From: Candidatus Margulisiibacteriota bacterium
GTDB taxonomy: Bacteria; Margulisbacteria; WOR-1; O2-12-FULL-45-9
DNA: 64,000 bases
Direction of reading: 5' to 3'
Assembly (NCBI GenBank): GCA_034723395.1
Contig: JAYEOW010000004.1
Coordinates: 32,001-96,000 of the forward strand
Shown here one piece after another: positions 1 to 9,701 of this stretch (position 1 is the first letter of the stretch; each line of letters begins with the position of its first letter). The notes under the pieces are model-generated. The model did no database searches. It saw nothing but the letters and a program-made list of their open reading frames with translations, and was not told the DNA's origin. Position numbers and translations under genes: made by a program.

Positions 1-5
1 ATTTT

Positions 6-593
6 TCATATAATAATCTCATCCTTAATCTTTCCAAATTTACCCTTCCCGATCCTTTTAACCTTCATAATATCCTCGATCTTAGAGAACGGCCCGTTTT
101 TAGACCGGTATTCAATAATCCTTTTTGCAGTAGAGGGCCCGATCCCGCCAATTTTACACAATTCTTTCTCTCCAGCCGCATTGATACTAACTTTACCTGA
201 AAAAGTCCCCGATCCCCCAATCCCCAGATCTCCCGGTCCTCTTACGATAACTTTCTGTTTAGCAGGGACTATAATCTTCTGCCCATCTTTTACTTTTTCG
301 GCCAGATTGATCGAAGATAAATTGGAATTAGCAGAGACCCCGCCGGCAAGATTTAACGCGTCAACCACCCGATCACCAGCATTAAGCCTATATACCCCTT
401 CCCTTTGCACGGCACCTGAGATATGAATAATGATCCGAGGTTTTTCGATCGTTTGCTGCGGATCTTCGATCACAAGTTCCTCGCTTTTATCCGGAATAAA
501 ATGCCGGCAGCCCATAACTACGAGGCCGGAAATAATAATTAGAACTAACCCTAGAATAATAAGTTGTTGCTCTTTAGTAAGATTATTTGGCAC
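6..593 (-). CDS. comEA: ComEA-family DNA uptake protein (TM anchor, SLBB domain, helix-hairpin-helix)
   Basis: N-terminal TM; IHISGAVQREGVYRL...RVVDAL (SLBB); INAAGEKEL..IGGIGPSTAKRIIEYR..GPF HhH motif. Confidence 0.92.
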   Translation of the reverse strand: MPNNLTKEQQLIILGLVLIIISGLVVMGCRHFIPDKSEELVIEDPQQTIEKPRIIIHISGAVQREGVYRLNAGDRVVDALNLAGGVSANSNLSSINLAEKVKDGQKIIVPAKQKVIVRGPGDLGIGGSGTFSGKVSINAAGEKELCKIGGIGPSTAKRIIEYRSKNGPFSKIEDIMKVKRIGKGKFGKIKDEIII

Positions 594-604
594 AAAATGA
601 GAGA

Positions 605-620
605 AGCAATCTTATTACCA
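605..620 (-). promoter_or_regulatory. Possible sigma54-type -24/-12 promoter for comEA
   Basis: Minus strand TGGTAATAAGATTGCT = GG-N10-GC with TTGC, ending 11 nt before the GTG start. Confidence 0.4.
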
Positions 621-674
621 ACTATTTTTCGCTAATCAAAGGGGGAAAAAGACACAAACTCGACATTGAATGTC

Positions 675-1298
675 TTAAATCTTGTGGTAATACTTGAAGA
701 TATCGTTTATATACGCCTGTGATTGTCCACTATATCCATTCTTGCGGGCCACTCCGTTCGGCCCTTCCAGATAACCGGCCAAAGCAAAAGAGACCTGTTT
801 CGCCCTTTTTTTAAATCTGCCTAAAAGATAACTCACATAACGAATGGTCCCTTTGGCATTCTGATCAATATTAAATGGATTAGTTATCCCCAGGCTCTTA
901 GCCGTAGAAGGCATAAGCTGGCCCAAGCCCCTCGCCCCCGCGCTCGAGACCGCTCTCGGATTAAAGCGTGATTCCCGGGCAATCAAGGCCGCCACCAGTT
1001 TAGGATTAACATTGTATTTTTGCGAGTGGACCATAATGCTGTTGGTGATTTCTTCGGCTTGGCGCGGTCTTCGGTATTTTAAGATAAATTTATGGATCGC
1101 GGTACGGGCAGTTGCTGATTGAACTCCACTATAATATGGATTAATCGGTCCCGAAGTCGGAATTGGGGCTCGATCAGCTTGCCGGACAATGTTAGGATTT
1201 GGTCTGATGTTTTTTGGAGAAGGAGAGGTTACCCCGCCGAAACTTGAGAAGATAGTCATCACAAATAAAGCTATAATAACAGCCGTACTTGCCTCCAC
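675..1298 (-). CDS. Lytic transglycosylase (SLT domain), membrane-anchored or secreted
   Basis: LIARESRFNPRAVSSAGARGLGQLMP SLT motifs; hydrophobic N-terminus. Confidence 0.9.
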   Translation of the reverse strand: MEASTAVIIALFVMTIFSSFGGVTSPSPKNIRPNPNIVRQADRAPIPTSGPINPYYSGVQSATARTAIHKFILKYRRPRQAEEITNSIMVHSQKYNVNPKLVAALIARESRFNPRAVSSAGARGLGQLMPSTAKSLGITNPFNIDQNAKGTIRYVSYLLGRFKKRAKQVSFALAGYLEGPNGVARKNGYSGQSQAYINDIFKYYHKI

Positions 1299-1301
1299 AA
1301 T

Positions 1302-3416
1302 TTACCCCTCTTTAAGTTTTTCTTTATCTTCGGGAGTAACAGCGCGGATGGAGAAGTTGTTCCTCCCCTTATCATCAACCTCGGTAAGCTTTACGATCAC
1401 TTCATCGTCCAGCTTTAGAACATCTTCAACCTTATTAATCCTTCGCGGAGCGATCTCTGAAATATGGACCAGCCCTTCTTTTCCCGGGGCGATCTGCACA
1501 AATGCACCAAAAGCCATGATCTTTACTACCCTGGCTTTAAAAATTGAGCCGACTTTCGGCTCAAAAGTAAGATCCTCGATCATTTTTAGAGCGCGCTTCC
1601 CGCCTTCTGGATCGGTGGCGGTAATAAGTACGGTGCCGTCATCTTCAATATCTATCTTGGCATCGGTCTCTTCGGTAATCTTACGGATCATCTTACCGCC
1701 AGGGCCGATCACCGCGCCAATCTTCTCCGGATTAATCTTAATTGATTGGACTGAAGGCGCATATTGTGAAAGTTCTTCTCGAGGGGCGCCAATTGCTGCC
1801 AACATCTTTTCGAGAATGCTCATACGCGCCACTTGAGCTTGTTTGAGCGCCTTCTCGATTATCTCAATTGAAAGCCCTTTAACTTTACAATCAACCTGAA
1901 TCCCGGTGATCCCTTTTTTGGTCCCGGAAACCTTAAAATCCATGTCGCCAAAAAAATCTTCGATCCCCTGGATATCGGTAAACATAACCTCTTTATTCCC
2001 TTCACTAACCAGACCAACTGAAATACCGGCAACAGGATTAGAGATCTTAACTCCACAATCCATCAAGGCTAAGGTACTTCCGCAAGTTGAAGCCATTGAG
2101 GTCGATCCGTTGGAACTAAGGACCTCGGATACCAAACGAATGGTGTACGGGAATTTTTCTTCGTTTGGAACGACCGGAAGTAAACTTTTTTCGGCCAACG
2201 CTCCGTGACCAATTTCGCGTCTTCCCGGACCGCGCAGCGGTCTGACCTCTCCCACCGAAAAGGCAGGGAAGTTATAATGGTGCATGTATCGTTTGCTATT
2301 CTCGGGTGAAAGCCCTTCTAATCTCTGCTCCTCACCCAGCGCTCCAAGCGTCGCTACGGTTAAGACTTGAGTATCTCCGCGGGAAAAGAGGGCTGAACCA
2401 TGTGCCCTGGGAAGTACGCCGACTTCACATTTGATCTCGCGAACCTCATCTAATTTACGTCCATCCGGGCGCTTATTCTTTTCTAAAATCGCCTTGCGGA
2501 CCGCCTTTTTCTGGAGGTCATTGATAACATTTTTCACGTCAGCGGGTGATTCAGACGCCAGTTTTTTTAATTCCTCATCCATCCCCGACTCTAACTCTTC
2601 TTTGATCTTATCGATCTCCTCCATCTGTTTAGCCTTTTCTTCGATCCCCATTGCCGCTTCGATCCTACTCCCGGACTTATCTTTTACATACTTTGATATC
2701 TTTTCGTTCGGCTCATAGAGTTTAAACTCCGCCTTCTTCTCCCCGGTCTTCTTGAGGAGCTCTTTTTGGAGTTTAATGACCTCTTTGATCTTTTTTTGCC
2801 CAAGCTTGATCGCCTCTAAAACGTCAGTTTCGGCAACTTCGTCTGATCCGCACTCGATCATGGAAATCTTATCTTCGATCCCGGCAATTACTACGTCGAG
2901 GTCCGAATTCATCACCTGGTCGTAAGTTGGATCGACAATGAATTCACCATCAACCCTCCCGATCCGAGCGGCACCGATCGGCCCATCAAACGGGGCATCC
3001 GATATAGTTAACGCGGCCGAAGCAGCATTAATTGCTAAAATATCAGGAGGATTGTCCTGGTCTACCGAAAGTGGAGTGATTACCAACTGGACATCGTTGC
3101 GAAAACCTTTGGGAAAGAGAGGTCTAATTGGACGATCGATTCTCCGGGCAGTCAGGATCGCTGTCTCGGTCGGTCTCCCCTCACGCTTAAAGAAACCGCC
3201 AGGGATCCGGCCGATCGCGTAGAGTTTTTCTTCAAAATCAACTAAAAGCGGGAAAAAATCGATCCCGGGGCGCCGGTTTTTTGAGGTGGTTGCAGTCGCC
3301 ATGACCATCGTGTCGCCGAGCCTGATAACAATTGACCCGCCCGCCTGATTGGCCATCCGCCCAGTCTCTAAAGAGAGAACCTTCCCTCCCAAATCCAATT
3401 CTACTTTTTTGATCAT
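1302..3416 (-). CDS. pnp: Polyribonucleotide nucleotidyltransferase
   Basis: RIPGGFFKREGRP, RREIGHGALAE, SSNGSTSMAS, KH and S1 domains; follows rpsO. Confidence 0.98.
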   Translation of the reverse strand: MIKKVELDLGGKVLSLETGRMANQAGGSIVIRLGDTMVMATATTSKNRRPGIDFFPLLVDFEEKLYAIGRIPGGFFKREGRPTETAILTARRIDRPIRPLFPKGFRNDVQLVITPLSVDQDNPPDILAINAASAALTISDAPFDGPIGAARIGRVDGEFIVDPTYDQVMNSDLDVVIAGIEDKISMIECGSDEVAETDVLEAIKLGQKKIKEVIKLQKELLKKTGEKKAEFKLYEPNEKISKYVKDKSGSRIEAAMGIEEKAKQMEEIDKIKEELESGMDEELKKLASESPADVKNVINDLQKKAVRKAILEKNKRPDGRKLDEVREIKCEVGVLPRAHGSALFSRGDTQVLTVATLGALGEEQRLEGLSPENSKRYMHHYNFPAFSVGEVRPLRGPGRREIGHGALAEKSLLPVVPNEEKFPYTIRLVSEVLSSNGSTSMASTCGSTLALMDCGVKISNPVAGISVGLVSEGNKEVMFTDIQGIEDFFGDMDFKVSGTKKGITGIQVDCKVKGLSIEIIEKALKQAQVARMSILEKMLAAIGAPREELSQYAPSVQSIKINPEKIGAVIGPGGKMIRKITEETDAKIDIEDDGTVLITATDPEGGKRALKMIEDLTFEPKVGSIFKARVVKIMAFGAFVQIAPGKEGLVHISEIAPRRINKVEDVLKLDDEVIVKLTEVDDKGRNNFSIRAVTPEDKEKLKEG

Positions 3417-3679
3417 TTAAGTCCCAGACTAGCCTTCAAAGTACTGAATCGCGCACTGTCTTTTCTTTCGAGGTAGTTAAGAAGACTTTTCCTTTGGCCA
3501 ACGAGGATCAAGAGGCCGCGCCGGCTGTGGTTATCTTTTTTATTCTTCTTAAGGTGACCAACAATCTGGTTTATTCTCTCAGTAAGGAGCGCTACTTGTA
3601 CCTCCGGGGAACCAGTATCCTTCGAACCTTTCGCGAATTTCTGAATTATTCCGCTTTTTTTATCTTTCTTAATAGGCAT
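3413..3679 (-). CDS. rpsO: 30S ribosomal protein S15
   Basis: DTGSPEVQVALLTERI...KDNHSRRGLL; conserved ribF-rpsO-pnp order. Confidence 0.98.
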   Translation of the reverse strand: MPIKKDKKSGIIQKFAKGSKDTGSPEVQVALLTERINQIVGHLKKNKKDNHSRRGLLILVGQRKSLLNYLERKDSARFSTLKASLGLK

Positions 3680-3689
3680 TAGTGTTCAT

Positions 3690-3718
3690 AGTATATCATA
3701 TAGTAGGGAAAGTTACAA
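3690..3718 (-). promoter_or_regulatory. Sigma70 promoter of rpsO (near-leaderless)
   Basis: TTGTAA-N17-TATACT with extended TG, 10 nt before the ATG. Confidence 0.65.
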
Positions 3719-3779
3719 CAGAGCTAATAAATATGGGTGGAGGTTAAAAGTAGTATAACCAGTTTAACAAATTTACTCA

Positions 3780-4670
3780 TCAGGTACGTTTAATGTCCCT
3801 ACTAATCTGTCTCTTCAGCTTCTCCACATCCGAAAACTGCAGCTCATCGCGCAGCCGTTTGGTCAACAGGACATTTAAATGCTTCCCACGGATATTTTTT
3901 CTAAAATTCAAAATGTGGACCTCAACGGCAAGATTGCCCTCCCCAAATGTTGGCCGGGATCCTATATGGATCGCACATTTTTTCCCTAAAGCATATCCGG
4001 CGTATACTCCCGGAAACGGAATTAACTTATGGGGATCAAGCTGCAGGTTCGCGGTCTGAAAACCGAGCGATTCCCCCCTCCCATACCCCTTTACAACCTT
4101 CCCTGAAAGCTGATAACCGTGGCCAAGCAAGGTTACCGCCTTGGCAAACTTTCCCGAAACAACCAGCTCACGAATAATCCTCGATTTTATAATATGTTTT
4201 CCGGACGAAACCGGCGAAACTACGCTGACTTTAAATCCGTATTTTTTACCATACTCTTTAAGTAGTGCGGTATTCCCCTTCCTCCCCTTGCCGAAGGCGT
4301 AATCGAAACCGACAAATACGCGGCGGACACCTAATTTATCAACTAAATATTCCTTCACGAATGCTTCGGTTGAAAGTTGCTGAGTTCGCTTTTGAAATTT
4401 AACAACTACTACTCCATCAACTCCCAGATCAGCAAACAGCTCTTCTCTCTCTCTTAGCGTAGTAAGGAGTTTCAATCCCCGCTTAGGGATAATTAACTGC
4501 TGCGGATGAGGATCAAAGGTAATAGCAAGTGAGGCGACCCCGAGCTTATCTGCATATTTAACCGCGTTTTTGACAACCTTCCGGTGGCCGCGATGAACGC
4601 CATCGAAAGTGCCTAAAGCAACTACCGAACCTTTAAGATTTTTTCTCTTAGGATGGCGGATTATTCTCAT
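3780..4670 (-). CDS. ribF: Bifunctional riboflavin kinase/FAD synthetase
   Basis: GTFDGVHRGH, TFDPHP, GRGESLGFQTANL, EVHILNF. Confidence 0.96.
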   Translation of the reverse strand: MRIIRHPKRKNLKGSVVALGTFDGVHRGHRKVVKNAVKYADKLGVASLAITFDPHPQQLIIPKRGLKLLTTLREREELFADLGVDGVVVVKFQKRTQQLSTEAFVKEYLVDKLGVRRVFVGFDYAFGKGRKGNTALLKEYGKKYGFKVSVVSPVSSGKHIIKSRIIRELVVSGKFAKAVTLLGHGYQLSGKVVKGYGRGESLGFQTANLQLDPHKLIPFPGVYAGYALGKKCAIHIGSRPTFGEGNLAVEVHILNFRKNIRGKHLNVLLTKRLRDELQFSDVEKLKRQISRDIKRT

Positions 4671-5491
4671 TGAAGGAAGACACCGCGGACAAAAATGGTA
4701 ACCGCTTTAATATAAAACGCTCCAGGGATAAACAATATCTGCGAAAGGATAAGGGTTCCGATAACTCTTCCCATTACTATATAGTAAACCACTGTACGAA
4801 CATCTTTCTCCGGCCGCTCCCCCTTTGATGCCTGGTCGGTTATATGCGCAGCGATTGGATCGACCATCAAAGTAAACAGAATTGTCGCTATCCCGTTAAC
4901 AATACCCGAAAGCTGGGTTGCTGTAACCCGGTAAGCGGGGATCAGCGCACCTGCCATAAGAGAACAGAGAACTCCGATCGCGTAGATCGAGACCATAAAC
5001 AGGTTTAGCCAGAGAAATGTTTTTGGGATCCCTTTTAATGATAATCCCCGGAATGATTCACGGGTAGGCAGCTTAAAACCTTTAGCAATCGAAACGATTG
5101 TTCTTGGCCTTAATCCATAACCGATCAAGCGAGGAACCGAATGGATTTCGTTAAATTTTTTAATGGCCCGCGTAAAAACCGAAACTGCAAACGGGGTCAT
5201 GATCGCTCCGACCAGGTTACCGATAAACGCGGCAAAAATTATAAGTCTAAAGTTCCCCCATAAATTAGAAACGGAGTTCTGGAGGATCGAGGTATCAACC
5301 ATTCCCCCTAAGAGGGGCGCTTGCAGCATATTGGACATGCGGGAAATCAGGAGTGAAGCATTTACAAATGAGAGCGAAAGCGCCAACTGTTTAGTTCGAA
5401 CTCCGGTCAATCGCATCGATGACGAGATCGTTTCGGTAAAGTGGATCATACCGGTAAAGAAGCATACGACAATTAACGGATTAATGTACAT
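4667..5491 (-). CDS. amj: Lipid II flippase Amj family (DUF2837)
   Basis: Multi-TM; RLTGVRT..LISRMSNMLQAPLLG and RVTATQLSGIVNGIATILFTLMVDP resemble Amj. Confidence 0.8.
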   Translation of the reverse strand: MYINPLIVVCFFTGMIHFTETISSSMRLTGVRTKQLALSLSFVNASLLISRMSNMLQAPLLGGMVDTSILQNSVSNLWGNFRLIIFAAFIGNLVGAIMTPFAVSVFTRAIKKFNEIHSVPRLIGYGLRPRTIVSIAKGFKLPTRESFRGLSLKGIPKTFLWLNLFMVSIYAIGVLCSLMAGALIPAYRVTATQLSGIVNGIATILFTLMVDPIAAHITDQASKGERPEKDVRTVVYYIVMGRVIGTLILSQILFIPGAFYIKAVTIFVRGVFLQ

Positions 5492-5494
5492 AGA

Positions 5495-6118
5495 TCAAGA
5501 ATTATATCCTTTTTGACGAATTTTACAACTATCACATACCCCGCAAGGTTTTTTGCCGCCCTTATAACACGACCAGGTGATCTCAAGCGGAGCTTTTAAT
5601 TTTTTTCCCAAACGAATAATTTGAGCTTTGGTCATATCGATCAGCGGGGTTAGAACTTTAATTCTCTTCTTTTTGGTCCCCTTCTCTATAACTTTTTGGA
5701 AGGCTTTATAGAAATCGGGGCGGCAATCGGGGTAGCCGGAAAAATCGATCGCATTCGCGCCAATAAAGACCGCATCCGCGCCGATCGCTTCCGCGTATGA
5801 AAGTGCAAAGCTTAGAAAAATTGTATTTCGAGCAGGAACGTATGTTGAAGGAATCCCTTTCAACTTTTTTCGATTAGGCATCTTCATCTTTTTATCAAGC
5901 AGCGAGGAACCTTTCCAAGGGAGTTTAATTTTTAAGATTTTATATTTTATTTTTGCCTTTTTCGCTACCGTTACCGCACTACGCAACTCTCTCTTATGCC
6001 TTTGTCCATAGTCGAAGATCAAAGCGTGGCATTTATAGCCTTTCTTCTTGGCATAATAAAGAGTAGTTGTAGAATCTAATCCACCGGAGAGTAAAACGAT
6101 TGCTTTTTCTTTTGTCAT
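5495..6118 (-). CDS. queC: 7-cyano-7-deazaguanine synthase
   Basis: LLSGGLDS, YVPARN, GYPDCR, TWSCY..PCGVCDSC; start moved to MTKEKAIV (6118). Confidence 0.96.
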   Translation of the reverse strand: MTKEKAIVLLSGGLDSTTTLYYAKKKGYKCHALIFDYGQRHKRELRSAVTVAKKAKIKYKILKIKLPWKGSSLLDKKMKMPNRKKLKGIPSTYVPARNTIFLSFALSYAEAIGADAVFIGANAIDFSGYPDCRPDFYKAFQKVIEKGTKKKRIKVLTPLIDMTKAQIIRLGKKLKAPLEITWSCYKGGKKPCGVCDSCKIRQKGYNS

Positions 6119-6229
6119 ATAGTGAAATCTTATCAAATATATAGTAATAAATATATATTTAAACCAAGTTAAGTCCAAATAATCTAACCCCGCTCCATTA
6201 CAACCTGCCAATATGTTATAATTTACGCT

Positions 6230-6748
6230 ATGAGCTGGAAATGGAAAAAAGGCGAACAGCTTTATTACGAAGATGTTTTTCGCAAATTGCAAGAGAAAAA
6301 TGTTCGTTATCTACTCATTGGAGGAATAGCAGTTAATCTCTGGGGGATCGAAAGGGCCACCGGAGATATTGATCTCGCAGTCGCCATGGACTCAAAAAAT
6401 ATACTAAATTTAGTCGAAGCAGTTAAAGAATTGGGATTTATCCCAAAAGTTCCCGTAAAACCGGAAGAACTTGCTGTCCCTGAAAAAAGAAAAGAATGGA
6501 TGGAAGAAAAAAATATGAAGGTATTCTCTTTCCAGCACCCGGATAATCCTTTCGTACTAATCGATATCATGATAGATAACCCCTTTAATTTTGAGGGGAT
6601 GTTTTCCCGCCGCTCCACCATGGAATCTAAAGGGACAAAACTCTCGGTGGTTGCGGTGGATGATTTAATAAAACTAAAGGAAATTGCTGGAAGGGAACAG
6701 GATCTATCTGATATTGAAGCACTAAAGAAGTTTGTAAAAGGTGAATAA
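6230..6748 (+). CDS. Pol-beta-superfamily nucleotidyltransferase (putative toxin/antitoxin component)
   Basis: LIGGIAVNLWGIERATGDIDL (GG..DxD) and LIKLKEIAGREQDLSD C-terminal motif. Confidence 0.8.
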   Translation: MSWKWKKGEQLYYEDVFRKLQEKNVRYLLIGGIAVNLWGIERATGDIDLAVAMDSKNILNLVEAVKELGFIPKVPVKPEELAVPEKRKEWMEEKNMKVFSFQHPDNPFVLIDIMIDNPFNFEGMFSRRSTMESKGTKLSVVAVDDLIKLKEIAGREQDLSDIEALKKFVKGE

Positions 6749-6749
6749 A

Positions 6750-6926
6750 ATGGAGCAGAAAAAGGGTTTTAGATACACTTATACCAAAGAAAAATATAAA
6801 TCCTACAAAAATATTCCGGTTGCGCAAAAACTAGAGTGGCTGGAAAAAATGAACCGTTTTTTAAATAACTTTATGCCCGCCAAAAGCAAGGAACTGAACC
6901 AGAAACTTCGAGAAGGCAAAATTTAG
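6750..6926 (+). CDS. Small hypothetical protein coupled to the nucleotidyltransferase
   Basis: SD-like AAGGTG 6 nt before the ATG (alternative GTG at 6741); 58 aa; directly after the NTase stop. Confidence 0.65.
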   Translation: MEQKKGFRYTYTKEKYKSYKNIPVAQKLEWLEKMNRFLNNFMPAKSKELNQKLREGKI

Positions 6927-8200
6927 ACCCGAATAATCTGCCCTCTTTCAGCACCAACCGAAACCAGATAAATCTTCGCATTCGCCAGCTCAGCCAACTT
7001 TTCGAGATACTTTTTTGCGTTCTTCGGCAGCTTTTTGTAGTCTTTGATCTGCGTCGTATCCTCTTTCCAGCCCGGCACTTCGATATAAACCGGTTTGCAT
7101 CGCTCTAACCGATGGATATCGGTAGGAAAATCGGTAATCTCTTTACCATCGATTTCATAAGCGACGCAGATCTTGATAACATCTAGATCATCTTGAACAT
7201 CTAACTTGGTAAAAGCGATATCCGAAATACCGTTCATCCTCGAAGCATGTTTCATTACTACACCATCGAACCAGCCACAACGCCTTGGACGGCCGGTGGT
7301 AGCCCCATACTCCCCGCCCTTTTCACGCAGGTCATCCCCGATTTTTCCCTCGATCTCCGTAGGAAAAGGACCGCTGCCCACACGCGTAACATAAGTCTTT
7401 ACCACTCCGATAACCCGGTCAACCTTCATCGGACCAATCCCGGCGCCAACACAGGCACCACCGGAAATCGGGTTCGATGAAGTAACAAACGGATAGGTCC
7501 CCTGGTCGACATCAAGCATCGTCCCCTGAGCGCCCTCTAGCAGAATGTTTTTATTTCTCTCGATCGCTTCGTTGGCCAGAACGGTCGATTCATCAACTAC
7601 ATGCCGTTTGATCGCGTGCGCATAGCCGAGATAATCGTCCCGGATCTTTTCGATATCGATCTTCTTGTCAAACTTATAAAAATTATCTAGCAGGAAAGAT
7701 TTTTCCTCCACGTTCCATTTCAATTTCTCATCAAAAACCTTTTCATTGTAGAGATCACCGATCCGGATCCCCCGTCGGTTATATTTATCGACATAACAGG
7801 GACCGATCCCGCGCGAAGTAGTGCCAATCCTTCCCGCCTCTCTCTTTTTCTCCTGCGCCTGGTCCAGATATCTGTGATACGGAAAAATAACATGGGCCTG
7901 TGAAGATATACGAAGATTGTCAACCGCAAATCCCTGGCTTTTTAAGGTTTCGACCTCCTGGATCAAAACCGCGGGATCAACCACAACTCCGTTGCCAATA
8001 ACACATAAAACATTATTGTAAAAAATCCCGGACGGGATCAGGTGGAGCTTAAAGGTCGCATCTTTGATCACTACCGTATGGCCGGCGTTATTGCCCCCTT
8101 GGTAGCGGACCACCATATCCATATCACGCGATAAAAGATCGGTGATTTTCCCCTTCCCTTCATCCCCCCACTGCGTCCCGACAATAACTGATACACTCAT
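6923..8200 (-). CDS. purA: Adenylosuccinate synthetase
   Basis: QWGDEGKGK, QGGNNAGHT, EYGATTGRPRRCGW. Confidence 0.98.
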   Translation of the reverse strand: MSVSVIVGTQWGDEGKGKITDLLSRDMDMVVRYQGGNNAGHTVVIKDATFKLHLIPSGIFYNNVLCVIGNGVVVDPAVLIQEVETLKSQGFAVDNLRISSQAHVIFPYHRYLDQAQEKKREAGRIGTTSRGIGPCYVDKYNRRGIRIGDLYNEKVFDEKLKWNVEEKSFLLDNFYKFDKKIDIEKIRDDYLGYAHAIKRHVVDESTVLANEAIERNKNILLEGAQGTMLDVDQGTYPFVTSSNPISGGACVGAGIGPMKVDRVIGVVKTYVTRVGSGPFPTEIEGKIGDDLREKGGEYGATTGRPRRCGWFDGVVMKHASRMNGISDIAFTKLDVQDDLDVIKICVAYEIDGKEITDFPTDIHRLERCKPVYIEVPGWKEDTTQIKDYKKLPKNAKKYLEKLAELANAKIYLVSVGAERGQIIRV

Positions 8201-8243
8201 TTAAATAATCGCTCCTTGTCTTTTGTCTTTTATTTTCAACAAA

Positions 8244-8412
8244 AGCCCTACCATGCCGTGTGAAAGGTATGCCTGTGAACCCAAAACCTTAACGGTGGGT
8301 CCCTTACGGGTTTTGACTCTCAGGTCCGGGGGCTGCCCAGACACAATTAAAGTCCCCTCAATAATAACTTGGGTAAAGACATATAATCCTACATCACGTA
8401 CACAGTAGGGTT
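8244..8412 (-). ncRNA. ssrS: 6S RNA
   Basis: Minus strand ends pair (CCCUACUGUG..CGUG / CACGGCAUGGUAGGG); GACCCACC...GGGUUCA 3' motif typical of 6S; ~170 nt; promoter TTGAAT-N16-TAAACT upstream. Confidence 0.82.
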
Positions 8413-8498
8413 AAATTTCCAAAGATAGTTTACCATATATCGATCAAAATTCAAATATATAGTTGACATTCAAAAGCTAATATTCCAGAATACCAGTT

Positions 8499-9701
8499 AT
8501 GCAGAAAGGTATTACCTTCGCTTTGCTATTACTTGCCGCCCTGTTCGTTTTTAGCTGCGGTGACGCGAGCATAAATCCAACCACCACAACAACTTCAACA
8601 ACTACTTCAACCGGCGGAGGATCTACCAGCACCACATCCGGAACATCTTCTACCACGACCACGGTTACTTTTAGTACGACAACCAGTACGGTTTATATTT
8701 ACGGGGATAAATTTTATCTTAAAAATATCGCCTATGCCGGATCAGCCATCGGGAACACCTATTCATCACTCGCGGTCGACCGGATAACCAAAACCGTTCA
8801 TCTGGCCTATTACCAGAGGGACGATGAAGACCTTAATCATATCTACGGGAAATTAACTTCCTGGAGCTGGGAAAATATCGATTACAATAAAGATGTGGGA
8901 CAATTTACTTCGATGGTCATGGATACTAACCAGAAAATGCATGTTAGCTACTACGCCCCGCGAGACAGCGCTCTTTATTACGCTTACGGCGAAACTGGAT
9001 CATGGACGATCACTCCGGTCGATGACCCATTAACCGGGGAAGATGTCGGGTATTATACTTCGGCCGCGGTCGATAGCAATAACAAAACGCATATCAGCTA
9101 TTACGACTGGGATAACCAGAACTTAAAGTATACTACCAACGCCTCCGGGGCATGGATATTGTTGATCATTGATTCGATCGGGAATGTCGGGAAATATACC
9201 TCGATCGCCATTGATAATAATGATCGTATCCATATCAGCTATTATGACCAATCAAATTCCAACTTAAAATATGCTACCAATAAGAGCGGGGGCTGGCAAA
9301 CCGAGATTGTCGATACCTCATCCGGGCAGTACTCATCGATCGCGGTCGACAGCAACGATGAGGTACACATCGCTTATTACCAGGAAGCAAACGACGATCT
9401 AAAATATGCCCTTGGGACATCGGGGAGCTGGGTCAAGGAGATCATCGACAGCACTTTGGATGTTGGCCAGTTCGCAAGCATCGCTTTGGACAGCAATAAT
9501 AAACCGCACATTAGTTACTACGACAAGGATAATACCGCGCTAAAATACGCGACTCAAATATCGGGATCATGGAATGCGTCTACGCTGGATAACTCTACGG
9601 ATGTCGGCCAGGACACTTCGATCGTGATCGATCCGGACGACAACATCCATATCTCTTATTACGACGTGACCAATAACCTCATCAAATACGCTGTTAAATA
9701 G
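8499..9701 (+). CDS. Lipoprotein with Thr/Ser-rich stalk and beta-propeller-like repeats
   Basis: Lipobox-like [15 protein letters not shown] linker; ~7 repeats of SIAxDSNNxxHISYYDxxNxxLKYA. Confidence 0.8.
   Translation: MQKGITFALLLLAALFVFSCGDASINPTTTTTSTTTSTGGGSTSTTSGTSSTTTTVTFSTTTSTVYIYGDKFYLKNIAYAGSAIGNTYSSLAVDRITKTVHLAYYQRDDEDLNHIYGKLTSWSWENIDYNKDVGQFTSMVMDTNQKMHVSYYAPRDSALYYAYGETGSWTITPVDDPLTGEDVGYYTSAAVDSNNKTHISYYDWDNQNLKYTTNASGAWILLIIDSIGNVGKYTSIAIDNNDRIHISYYDQSNSNLKYATNKSGGWQTEIVDTSSGQYSSIAVDSNDEVHIAYYQEANDDLKYALGTSGSWVKEIIDSTLDVGQFASIALDSNNKPHISYYDKDNTALKYATQISGSWNASTLDNSTDVGQDTSIVIDPDDNIHISYYDVTNNLIKYAVK

Noticed and set aside
1189..3222. Long antisense ORFs over pnp (and similar ones over RND, purH, purF and the HD gene)
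   Set aside because: Shadow frames of well-supported genes with no motifs or SD
6119..6229. preQ1 riboswitch or longer queC N-terminus (track start 6292)
   Set aside because: No aptamer recognised; the extension overlaps the divergent NTase gene and its promoter
8223..8408. 61-aa plus-strand ORF, or a purine riboswitch for purA
   Set aside because: The region is better explained by a minus-strand 6S-like rod; no purine-aptamer core was seen
8581..8690. DNA microsatellite in the lipoprotein gene
   Set aside because: Mixed Thr/Ser codons show protein-level low complexity rather than a DNA repeat
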